This document shows, in pieces, positions 56,327-64,000 of a stretch of 64,000 bases of DNA. The notes below the pieces were generated by a model, which was not told where the DNA came from, did no database searches, and saw nothing but the letters and a program-made list of their open reading frames with translations. Origin of the DNA: a virus (taxonomy: Duplodnaviria > Heunggongvirae > Uroviricota > Caudoviricetes). How positions within the stretch are numbered: position 1 is the stretch's first letter; each line of letters begins with the position of its first letter. A program made the translations under genes and the position numbers. The stretch spans positions 76,837-140,836 of the IMG/VR virus record IMGVR_UViG_3300037424_001372. One strand, given 5' to 3'.

Positions 56327-59300
56327 ATGAGCGAATTAAGTGATAATACATTAACAGCATATTTAGGACCTGAATTTCAACAACGTTTAATATGGCAATT
56401 ATTAGTTGAACCCGAATTTGCTGAAAAAGCCATTAGAAATATCGCTATCGAGTATTTTGATGATCCTAATCTTAAAAGATTATTCATTATAATGTTGGAA
56501 TATTATAAGGAGTTTGATAAAGTCCCTAATCTCCAAAATCAAAGTATTCATCAAGCAATTAATAAATATAAAACACCAAATAATATTGTTGAAGAAGAAT
56601 CCTTGTTTTCTATTATCAAGCGTATTGAAATGTGGAATGAAAGGATTATTAATAAACAAATGCTTTATGATGGTGATGTTGTGCAGAAATCAACGAACTC
56701 ATTTGTTAAGCAACAAGAATATAGGAAATTAGCTGAAAATGTACTTGAAAAAGTTAGAAATGGTGAAATAAAAAATAAGAATATTATTGCCGGCATTGAA
56801 GAAAAATTTCAGAAAATATCACATATTGGCGAAGAAAGTGATGATTCTGAATCTGTCACCGAAGGAATTTCAAAAGCATTGAGGAAAGAATTTCGTGAAA
56901 CAATACCAACCGGTGTTGAAACTATTGATGTTTTAACTGGTGGTGGATTGGGTAAGGGTGAAATGGGTATCGTATTAACCCCTTCGGGAGTGGGAAAAGC
57001 ATTACCAGTATCTGCAAAACTTTTAACTCCAAATGGATGGATATTAAATGGAAATGTTAAAATAGATGATTTAGTAATTGGTAGTGATGGTAAGCCTCAA
57101 AAAGTTTTAGGTGTTTATCCACAAGGTAAGCGACAGATATATAAAATTCTATTTAATGATAATACTATTGCTTATTGTGATTATGAACATATTTGGTCAG
57201 TTAATTCTCTAAATCAGAGAACAGCAAACACTACTAAACATATTAATGGTAATATTATTCATGAAAAAAGACCTGATAATTCATATAAGAATAAAACTAC
57301 TGGTGAATTATTAAAAGATTATATTATTAATAATAAATCTGGAAAAAAATTAAATTACAGAATACCTATTGTTAAACCAATACATTTTAACAATATTGAA
57401 ACATCAATACATCCTTATATAATGGGTGTTATGTTAGGTGATGGATATATGAGAGCAGGTGAATTTACTACTTCTGATGTTGAAATTATTGATAATGTAA
57501 AAAAATTTTATAATAATATTACTGTTAATAAAGATAAAAGAACTAATAATGTATTCAGGGTAAGATTATGTAATTCTATAAATGATTTGAAAAAATATGA
57601 TTTATTTGATAGAAAATCAAATAATAAATTCATACCTGATGTTTATAAATATAATTCGATTGAGAATAGAATATTATTATTAAATGGTTTATTAGACACT
57701 GACGGTTTTGCTTCAAAAAATGGTCGTGTTCAATATACTACAACTTCTGAGCAATTAGCATCAGATGTTAGAGAATTAGTATTGTCATTAGGTGGATTTT
57801 GTAAAATTAAAACAAAAATACCAAAATATAAATATTTAAATAATATTAAATCAGGTAAGCAAATATTTACATTAACAATATCGTTCACTGATGAAAATAT
57901 TGAAATTTTTAAATTAAATAGAAAACAATGCCTTGTTAAATATTGTAGTAAATATAAAAATAATAAATATATTTCATCAATAGAATATTCCCATGATGAA
58001 GATGCATTGTGTATATATGTTGAAAATGATGACCATTTATATGTGACTGATGATTATATATTAACCCACAATACTACATTATTAACTGTTATAGCTAATA
58101 CTGCTTATGAACATGAAAAGAATGTTGCTCAAATTATTTTCGAAGACACTAAAGACCAAATTAAACGTAAACATTATACTATTTGGGCTAAATCTGCTTT
58201 AAGTAGACTTAATGAAGATGGTGAAAATGAAAGGGTTATTAAGGTTGTTAATGAAAAAATAAAACAATTAGAAGGTAAGGGGAGGTTAATAATTAAAAGA
58301 TTTAGTCAAGAAGATACTACAATGCGAGATATTCGGAATTGGATGATATCTTATGAGAAAAAATGGGGATTTAAATTTGATTTATTGGTATTGGATTATC
58401 TTGATTGTGTTGAATCACATAAAAATACGCAAGATAGAAATGAATCAGAACTTACTGTTGTTAAAGCTTTTGAAGCATTGGCATCTGATTTTAATATACC
58501 TGCATGGACTGCTATTCAAACAAACAGAACTGGATTTGGTTCTGAATTTATTGAAGCGCATCAAAGCGGTGGTAATATTAAAAGGATTCAAAAAGCACAT
58601 TTCTTCATGTCAGTTGCTAAAACAAAAGAACAACAAGAAGCGCATTTAGCAAATATTAGAATCATTAAGGCTCGATTTGCAAAGGATGGACAAGGTTTTG
58701 AGGATTGTGTTTATAATAATGATACTATTGAAATCAGAATTGATGATCCTAAATATAAATATTCTAAAACATATAAAGGCTTGAAACATCATAATGAATC
58801 TGATATAGATAATTTAGATAGTTCATTAAATAAAATTCATCTTGCAGTAAGTGATTATTCAGAAAAATCAATTATTGATAAAGTAAATAATTATGATTTA
58901 ATAAATGAATTGCTTCATCAAAATAGTTTACCTGAAAAAGTCAAAGATTTAACAATTAAAAACGATATTAACACTAAATTTGTTAATATTGATGAGACTT
59001 TTGATGTTATAAATGATGAATTTAATAATAACGATAACGAAACTTCATCTAATTTATTGGATATCGAAAATAATATTCAATCCGACATTAAGATAATTGA
59101 TGAAGATGTTGTTGAATTTGAATTACCAATAAATAATATTGTTGAAGAATCTAATTTTATTTTACCTAAAACAATTGTTGTCGAATCATCAATAAATAAC
59201 GCAATAAGCGATAATATTGACGATATTATGAATTTAATAAATTTAACTGATCCAGATGAACATCAGGATGAATATAAAACAATATTTAATGAATTAGAAA

Positions 59301-59335
59301 AAAAACGTAGTCATCAGAAAATTATAAAAGATTAA
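56327..59335 (+). CDS. dnaB: Replicative DNA helicase (DnaB/T4 gp41-like), intein-containing
   Basis: IPTG...D...GGGL..GE, Walker A PSGVGK|T split by the intein, LLVLDYLD, WTAIQTNR, IIKARF. Confidence 0.92.
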   Translation: MSELSDNTLTAYLGPEFQQRLIWQLLVEPEFAEKAIRNIAIEYFDDPNLKRLFIIMLEYYKEFDKVPNLQNQSIHQAINKYKTPNNIVEEESLFSIIKRIEMWNERIINKQMLYDGDVVQKSTNSFVKQQEYRKLAENVLEKVRNGEIKNKNIIAGIEEKFQKISHIGEESDDSESVTEGISKALRKEFRETIPTGVETIDVLTGGGLGKGEMGIVLTPSGVGKALPVSAKLLTPNGWILNGNVKIDDLVIGSDGKPQKVLGVYPQGKRQIYKILFNDNTIAYCDYEHIWSVNSLNQRTANTTKHINGNIIHEKRPDNSYKNKTTGELLKDYIINNKSGKKLNYRIPIVKPIHFNNIETSIHPYIMGVMLGDGYMRAGEFTTSDVEIIDNVKKFYNNITVNKDKRTNNVFRVRLCNSINDLKKYDLFDRKSNNKFIPDVYKYNSIENRILLLNGLLDTDGFASKNGRVQYTTTSEQLASDVRELVLSLGGFCKIKTKIPKYKYLNNIKSGKQIFTLTISFTDENIEIFKLNRKQCLVKYCSKYKNNKYISSIEYSHDEDALCIYVENDDHLYVTDDYILTHNTTLLTVIANTAYEHEKNVAQIIFEDTKDQIKRKHYTIWAKSALSRLNEDGENERVIKVVNEKIKQLEGKGRLIIKRFSQEDTTMRDIRNWMISYEKKWGFKFDLLVLDYLDCVESHKNTQDRNESELTVVKAFEALASDFNIPAWTAIQTNRTGFGSEFIEAHQSGGNIKRIQKAHFFMSVAKTKEQQEAHLANIRIIKARFAKDGQGFEDCVYNNDTIEIRIDDPKYKYSKTYKGLKHHNESDIDNLDSSLNKIHLAVSDYSEKSIIDKVNNYDLINELLHQNSLPEKVKDLTIKNDINTKFVNIDETFDVINDEFNNNDNETSSNLLDIENNIQSDIKIIDEDVVEFELPINNIVEESNFILPKTIVVESSINNAISDNIDDIMNLINLTDPDEHQDEYKTIFNELEKKRSHQKIIKD
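56999..58072 (+). mobile_element. Class 3 intein (358 aa) with a LAGLIDADG homing endonuclease
   Basis: Starts ALPVSAKLLTPNGW (Ala1); block B HIW; LAGLIDADG motifs MGVMLGDG and LNGLLDTDG; block F ALCIYV; ends ILTHN|T. Confidence 0.9.
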
Positions 59336-59359
59336 TAAAAACATCGTTAATTGGTATTT

Positions 59360-59397
59360 AAAAAACCCTGTAAGTTAAAACTTACAGGGTTTTTTTA
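59360..59397 (+). terminator. Rho-independent terminator
   Basis: AAAAAACCCTGTAAGTT-AA-AACTTACAGGGTTTTTTT. Confidence 0.9.
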
Positions 59398-59432
59398 TTT
59401 TTATATACGCCAGTTTTTAATTTATTTTTTTT

Positions 59433-59440
59433 GTATTTAT
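59433..59440 (+). promoter_or_regulatory. Putative late promoter GTATTTAT
   Basis: Heads the fibre/structural operon. Confidence 0.6.
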
Positions 59441-59532
59441 TATTAACATATATGAACCGAAAAGTTCTGATGTACTAACTCACTGGACAGTTGGTTAGTT
59501 ACATAATAAATTAATGATAAATATAAATAAAC

Positions 59533-60648
59533 ATGTGTGCATTTTTTAGTCGCCCTAATTTAGATGATGTTCAATTTAAACAAATCGATGGAAGTATTTT
59601 AAGTTTATCTGGACAAACTCGAATATTATCACCAACAGGTTTAACATTAATTGGTGATGGTAATATTAACATTCCTATAATTGCTACTGGTGCATCTAAT
59701 AATTATGTGTTAACTTATGACGATATTAGCGATCCATCGCAACCTGTGATTAGATTAAAAGAATCTAGTGGTAGTGGTGGGACTGGTAGTTATGGTTATA
59801 CTGATTTAACCACATGTTCTGTTGGTGGATTAGGTGTTGATCAATGTTTATATGGTAATTCGTTGGAAAGTATTATTCATTGTATGGTTTCACCAGCATT
59901 AAATCCCACTTTATCAGCACCTACGGCATCATTTTCAATAAATCCTTCTACAACTGTTTATGAGGTTGGTCATGTTGTTAATATTACTGGTACCACTACA
60001 TTTAATCAAGGTTGTATTAATCCACAATATACTTCAATATGTGATAAAAGAAGTAATGGGACATTATCTTATGTTTATTCAGCATTTTCATTTCCATATT
60101 CATGTTCTTACAATAATAATTCTAACACAATGCCATTCTCACCAATACAATTGAATGGAATAAACTCATATACTATTTGTTCAACAGTTAATTATTGTGC
60201 TGGTGTCCAACCTAAAAATAGTACCGGTGGTAATTATGATAATCCATTGACTGCCGGGAATATTATTAATACTAGAACAATTTGTACAATACTACCTTGG
60301 TATTGGGGTAAAAGCGTTAATAAAACAATAACATGTTCTTGTGTTATAAATGGTTGTAGTTGTAAATGTTTAGGTAATGCTAGCGGTAGTATTCCTATTT
60401 GTTTTAATAGTACTGCTAATGATTATTTATGGTTCGCAATACCGTCTGGAACGGATAATAAAACATGTTGGTTTGTAAATGGTACTAATAACGGTGCTAT
60501 TTCAGGGTTAGCCGGTCAAACATGGGCATTATCATGTCCAATTACAGTTTCATCATTACAAGGTTGTTGGTCAAATTGTACATATAATGTTTATGTTACT
60601 TGTTTACAAACTGGAACTGACCCTAACGTTCCAATGTATTTTTATTAA
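59533..60648 (+). CDS. Cys-rich virion structural (fibre/decoration) protein
   Basis: S/T/G-rich beta composition; 21 Cys counted in 371 aa. Confidence 0.55.
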   Translation: MCAFFSRPNLDDVQFKQIDGSILSLSGQTRILSPTGLTLIGDGNINIPIIATGASNNYVLTYDDISDPSQPVIRLKESSGSGGTGSYGYTDLTTCSVGGLGVDQCLYGNSLESIIHCMVSPALNPTLSAPTASFSINPSTTVYEVGHVVNITGTTTFNQGCINPQYTSICDKRSNGTLSYVYSAFSFPYSCSYNNNSNTMPFSPIQLNGINSYTICSTVNYCAGVQPKNSTGGNYDNPLTAGNIINTRTICTILPWYWGKSVNKTITCSCVINGCSCKCLGNASGSIPICFNSTANDYLWFAIPSGTDNKTCWFVNGTNNGAISGLAGQTWALSCPITVSSLQGCWSNCTYNVYVTCLQTGTDPNVPMYFY

Positions 60649-60674
60649 TAATGTTATCTAAAATTAAATAAAAC

Positions 60675-62909
60675 ATGTCAATAATTATTAATGATAACTT
60701 CGCAGTTAACGTAGGTAAACCAGTCGATAGTAAATATTTAAATGTTACAACACCTTGGACTTCTGTCAGTGCTGTACAAAATGGCATACCTGCATCATAT
60801 CGATATATTGGATTAACTGTAAATATAAATGGTGTTGAATATTGGTGGAAATCTAGTACTTCTAACGATAATTTAATTGAAAAGGTTTATACAGGCGGTA
60901 CTTCTGGAAATGTTAATTATATTAGTGGTGCAACTAATTTAGGTTTTTTTAGTGGTAAGACAGGTGCGCAATCATTAGTTTTAAGTGGCTTTGCTAGCTC
61001 ACCAATTGATTTTAACGATACTTATTATTCAGCATATAATAATTATTATGTAGATAATAATGGAATAATTACTATTGGAAGGCCTACTGCAGATGGACCT
61101 TATAGACGTGCATATGTTAATGCATCAAAAACTGCATCATGGATATATAGTAACACATATGGTACTTCAGGTGGTTGGGTTATTAGTTATAATGATGTAA
61201 CCACTAATGTTGGTTCAAGCGTCAATCTTGTTTCATATGATGGAACTGCTTATGATGAATATTATTGGGACAATGATATTGATAATGATTTCTATACTAA
61301 TGGATATACAAGTGTATTAGTATATGGCTCGTTAAATACCGGCGATACTTTAGTAATCGGTAACCCAATTTATAATAATACTACATACCAACGTTTAAAT
61401 TTAAGAACAATAAAATCAATAACGCCTGAATTTTTAAATGTTGATTATGATGATAATTTTATTAATTTTTCAGGTATATCATCAATAACTAATGCACAAA
61501 ATTTTGGTACAGGTATCGGTGTTTATAGTGGTCAAAGTGGTAGTATTTTAGGATTTAGAACTTTAGTTGGTAGCGGTGATACATTAATTACAACTGATTC
61601 TACTGGAGATATTGTTATTTTTAGTAGTTCTAATGGTAGTACTGATACAATAACTGGTGCAACTAATAATGGTGGTGGTGTCGAAATATATAACGAAAAC
61701 ACTGATAGAAATTTACAATTCAATACTTTGATAGGTAGTGGAGATACTACTGTCACTAAAGTTGGTAATCAAGTAATCATTAATTCCCAAGGTGGTGGTG
61801 TGTTTGCTTCTGACATTCTAGTGAGTATCGCTGCCGGTAAAACATTTGGTAAATATATAAATGGTGACGTAATTCCTGCCAGTGGTAAAACTGCTGATCA
61901 AGTAATTCAAATGGCATTATCCGAAGCATTGACCCCAACAGTTAATTTAGGTTCATCTACAACAAATGTTGTGTTTGGATTAGATAGTAAGACTGTAAAT
62001 GTTACATTTTCATATAGCATTAATACTGTTGGAGCATCGGTTGCAACAACATTACTTGAATGGAGAAGAGGTAATACTGGGTCATGGAGCGGATTAACAA
62101 CAAATACTGGTGCAACATCATATTTTCTTACAGTTGATGATACGGTAAATAGATTTAATACTGCAGTTATTAATTTACGTTATACTGTTACAGACACTGC
62201 TGGTGCAACCAAGACAGTTACATATGATGTAATACCACAAGCATATGTAGCACCGACAATAACACCGACATATGTCGCATCAGGTTTGCAAAGCTATGAA
62301 ACACAAACAATTAGAGAGGTTGGTAATGTTAATACAACAATTGCTGGTGGTATTAGTTCAAATCGTACTTATGTTAACATACTTTCATATGAAATACAAC
62401 GAAATGATGGTAGTGGATATGTGACAATTGCAAGTGAAAATAATATTAATTCATTATCAACATTAATTATATCTTATTTAGATGATGAATCATCCCTTAC
62501 CTCAACAACAATTTCATATAGGATCGTTGTTACTGACGAATATCAAACTACAACTAGTTCAGTATATGTAATTAATTTAAGATTTGCTTCATATTATGGA
62601 TATAACTCAAATACTGTATTAACAAGTGCACAAATTGTTGGATTACATAATGAAGTATTATTGATATCAAAAATAAGAACATTAAGTTCAGTGACTGCAA
62701 CAGCTAGTCAATATACTTATATTTCATATCCATCTTCTTTTGGTGATTTAAGTAATATTATTTTAGATGGTTCTGCACCTGTATTAGGTGCATTTACTAA
62801 GTTAAGTGATGTCATCGTGACTAATTATTATGGTCAGACTGTGACAAATAGTGTTTATAAAAGTAATGCATTAGGAGCATTTACAAATAATACATTGGCA
62901 TTATCATAA
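60675..62909 (+). CDS. Tail fibre/virion structural protein
   Basis: RYIGLTV...EYWWK; repeated 'TN.G.G...Y.......L.F.TL.GSGDT' fibre units; Ig-like C-terminal domains. Confidence 0.65.
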   Translation: MSIIINDNFAVNVGKPVDSKYLNVTTPWTSVSAVQNGIPASYRYIGLTVNINGVEYWWKSSTSNDNLIEKVYTGGTSGNVNYISGATNLGFFSGKTGAQSLVLSGFASSPIDFNDTYYSAYNNYYVDNNGIITIGRPTADGPYRRAYVNASKTASWIYSNTYGTSGGWVISYNDVTTNVGSSVNLVSYDGTAYDEYYWDNDIDNDFYTNGYTSVLVYGSLNTGDTLVIGNPIYNNTTYQRLNLRTIKSITPEFLNVDYDDNFINFSGISSITNAQNFGTGIGVYSGQSGSILGFRTLVGSGDTLITTDSTGDIVIFSSSNGSTDTITGATNNGGGVEIYNENTDRNLQFNTLIGSGDTTVTKVGNQVIINSQGGGVFASDILVSIAAGKTFGKYINGDVIPASGKTADQVIQMALSEALTPTVNLGSSTTNVVFGLDSKTVNVTFSYSINTVGASVATTLLEWRRGNTGSWSGLTTNTGATSYFLTVDDTVNRFNTAVINLRYTVTDTAGATKTVTYDVIPQAYVAPTITPTYVASGLQSYETQTIREVGNVNTTIAGGISSNRTYVNILSYEIQRNDGSGYVTIASENNINSLSTLIISYLDDESSLTSTTISYRIVVTDEYQTTTSSVYVINLRFASYYGYNSNTVLTSAQIVGLHNEVLLISKIRTLSSVTATASQYTYISYPSSFGDLSNIILDGSAPVLGAFTKLSDVIVTNYYGQTVTNSVYKSNALGAFTNNTLALS

Positions 62910-62933
62910 TATTAAAAATAAATTTATAAAAAC

Positions 62934-64000
62934 ATGGCAATTAAAAGACCTGATATATATGAACATAATAACCCAGTAAATGCTTTTGCAGATAGTAATT
63001 TTATTAGAGGTGGATTTAGAAGTGGTGTTACTGATTTATCTGAATTATATGCGTTATCTGGATATACTGACCAATTAAAAGAACATTCAACAGTTGTTTA
63101 TGTTAGTGGTGATACTAAATATTATATTTTAATTGATAATAATAATATTGGCAATAGCAATGGTTGGAATGAATTCAAATCTAGTGATAGTGGCACTGTT
63201 TCAGGAGCTACCAATGGTTTGACATTGAACAACGGTATTGTTTCACTTGGAGGTACATTGACTAGTAACACTACAATCAATGGTGATGGGCAAACATTTA
63301 CTATTTCAAATATTAATGAATTTCAAGTTAATACTAGTGGTAATAGTACAATATTAGGTATTGATAAAGAAGGTTTAATATTTTCTTTTTCAGGTGGTTC
63401 AATTACAATGGACGATAACGGTGGATTAAAATATGGTGGTGATTATAGTAATTATTATACATCTTCATCAATACCAAGTGTTGGATATTTAACAGGATAT
63501 ACTTCAGGAAATTATTTAAAATTAGATCAAACAACATCTCAAGATATTTGTAACGGTCAACCAATTTTCCATGAAGGAATTATTTTAGACCCAAATCCTT
63601 TAACATCATCAATAACCGGTCATACTAAAGGTAGAATGTATTATGATGATAATTATGAGACTATAAGTGTTGATATTGGTGATGACAGTACTCTTCAATT
63701 AGGTCAAGAAAGTGTTAGATATGTTTACAATGCCACTGGAAACGTAATACCTAACGGTTCATTAGTATATAATAATGGTGTTCATAGTGGTAGTGGTGTT
63801 GATACAGTTACAATTGGATTATCAATTGCTACCGGCATTACAGAAGCATCTGTAATTGGAATTACTACCCAAGATATACAAATAAATGATTTTGGTTTTA
63901 TAACAACACAAGGTAATGTTAATAAACTTGATACTATTAATGGACAATTTACTAATGTTAATGTTGGTGATGAACTTTATTTGTCCTCAACTGTTGCTGG
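62934..64000 (+). CDS. Tail fibre/virion structural protein, 3'-truncated by the window (not in the ORF track)
   Basis: Open frame from ATG 62934 (MAIKRPDIYEHNNP...SGATNGLTL..G.VSLGGTLT..T.I...LQLGQE) to the window end. Confidence 0.7.
   Translation, partial: MAIKRPDIYEHNNPVNAFADSNFIRGGFRSGVTDLSELYALSGYTDQLKEHSTVVYVSGDTKYYILIDNNNIGNSNGWNEFKSSDSGTVSGATNGLTLNNGIVSLGGTLTSNTTINGDGQTFTISNINEFQVNTSGNSTILGIDKEGLIFSFSGGSITMDDNGGLKYGGDYSNYYTSSSIPSVGYLTGYTSGNYLKLDQTTSQDICNGQPIFHEGIILDPNPLTSSITGHTKGRMYYDDNYETISVDIGDDSTLQLGQESVRYVYNATGNVIPNGSLVYNNGVHSGSGVDTVTIGLSIATGITEASVIGITTQDIQINDFGFITTQGNVNKLDTINGQFTNVNVGDELYLSSTVA

Noticed and set aside
59454-59504. Hammerhead ribozyme (CTGATG near GAAA)
   Set aside because: The core is CUGAUGU, not CUGANGA, and the GAAA and stems are not in hammerhead order.
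41-61756. Short antisense or overlapping ORFs in the track (for example 1908-2126, 2134-2439, 18200-18505, 31684-32028, 35621-36004, 47494-47955, 53021-53353)
   Set aside because: They are shadows of well-supported genes on the other strand or frame, with no motifs or expression signals.
1-64000. tRNA/rRNA genes, group I/II introns, DGR or retron elements
   Set aside because: I found no cloverleaf or T-loop signature, no reverse transcriptase, and no interrupted thyA or uvsX by eye. A tRNAscan/Infernal run would be needed to exclude them formally.

Overview
A 64-kb segment of a very AT-rich, distantly T4-like large myovirus (contractile-tailed, probably jumbo phage). The host is most likely a Bacteroidota, inferred from TTG-N19/20-TAnnTTTG promoters, A-rich start contexts that mostly lack Shine-Dalgarno sequences, and a Bacteroidota-type lipoprotein. 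Structural genes include neck and tail-completion proteins, tail sheath, tail tube, a gp5-like hub, a tail chaperone with a -1 frameshift site, tape measure, tube-initiator and LysM-like baseplate proteins, and fibre proteins. Nucleotide and replication genes include thyA, dut, SSB, RecA/UvsX, a 5'-3' exonuclease and a DnaB helicase carrying a class 3 LAGLIDADG intein. A gp55-like sigma factor accompanies a recurring GTATTTAT late-promoter motif. There are two glycosyltransferase modules and a cluster of probable internal head proteins. Three observations stand out. (1) Five free-standing endonuclease genes share a variable-copy 23-aa 'KYGVxx' tandem repeat with a conserved scaffold and a variable core, a candidate modular DNA-recognition array. 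(2) Four of these fuse a Vsr-like nuclease to a Mom-like GNAT domain. (3) An [S/T]-G-x-[S/T] motif is enriched in exposed virion proteins but absent from the tape measure and tube, alongside about ten glycan-building genes, a candidate sequon-directed virion glycosylation system. All protein assignments come from motif recognition by eye; no searches were run.
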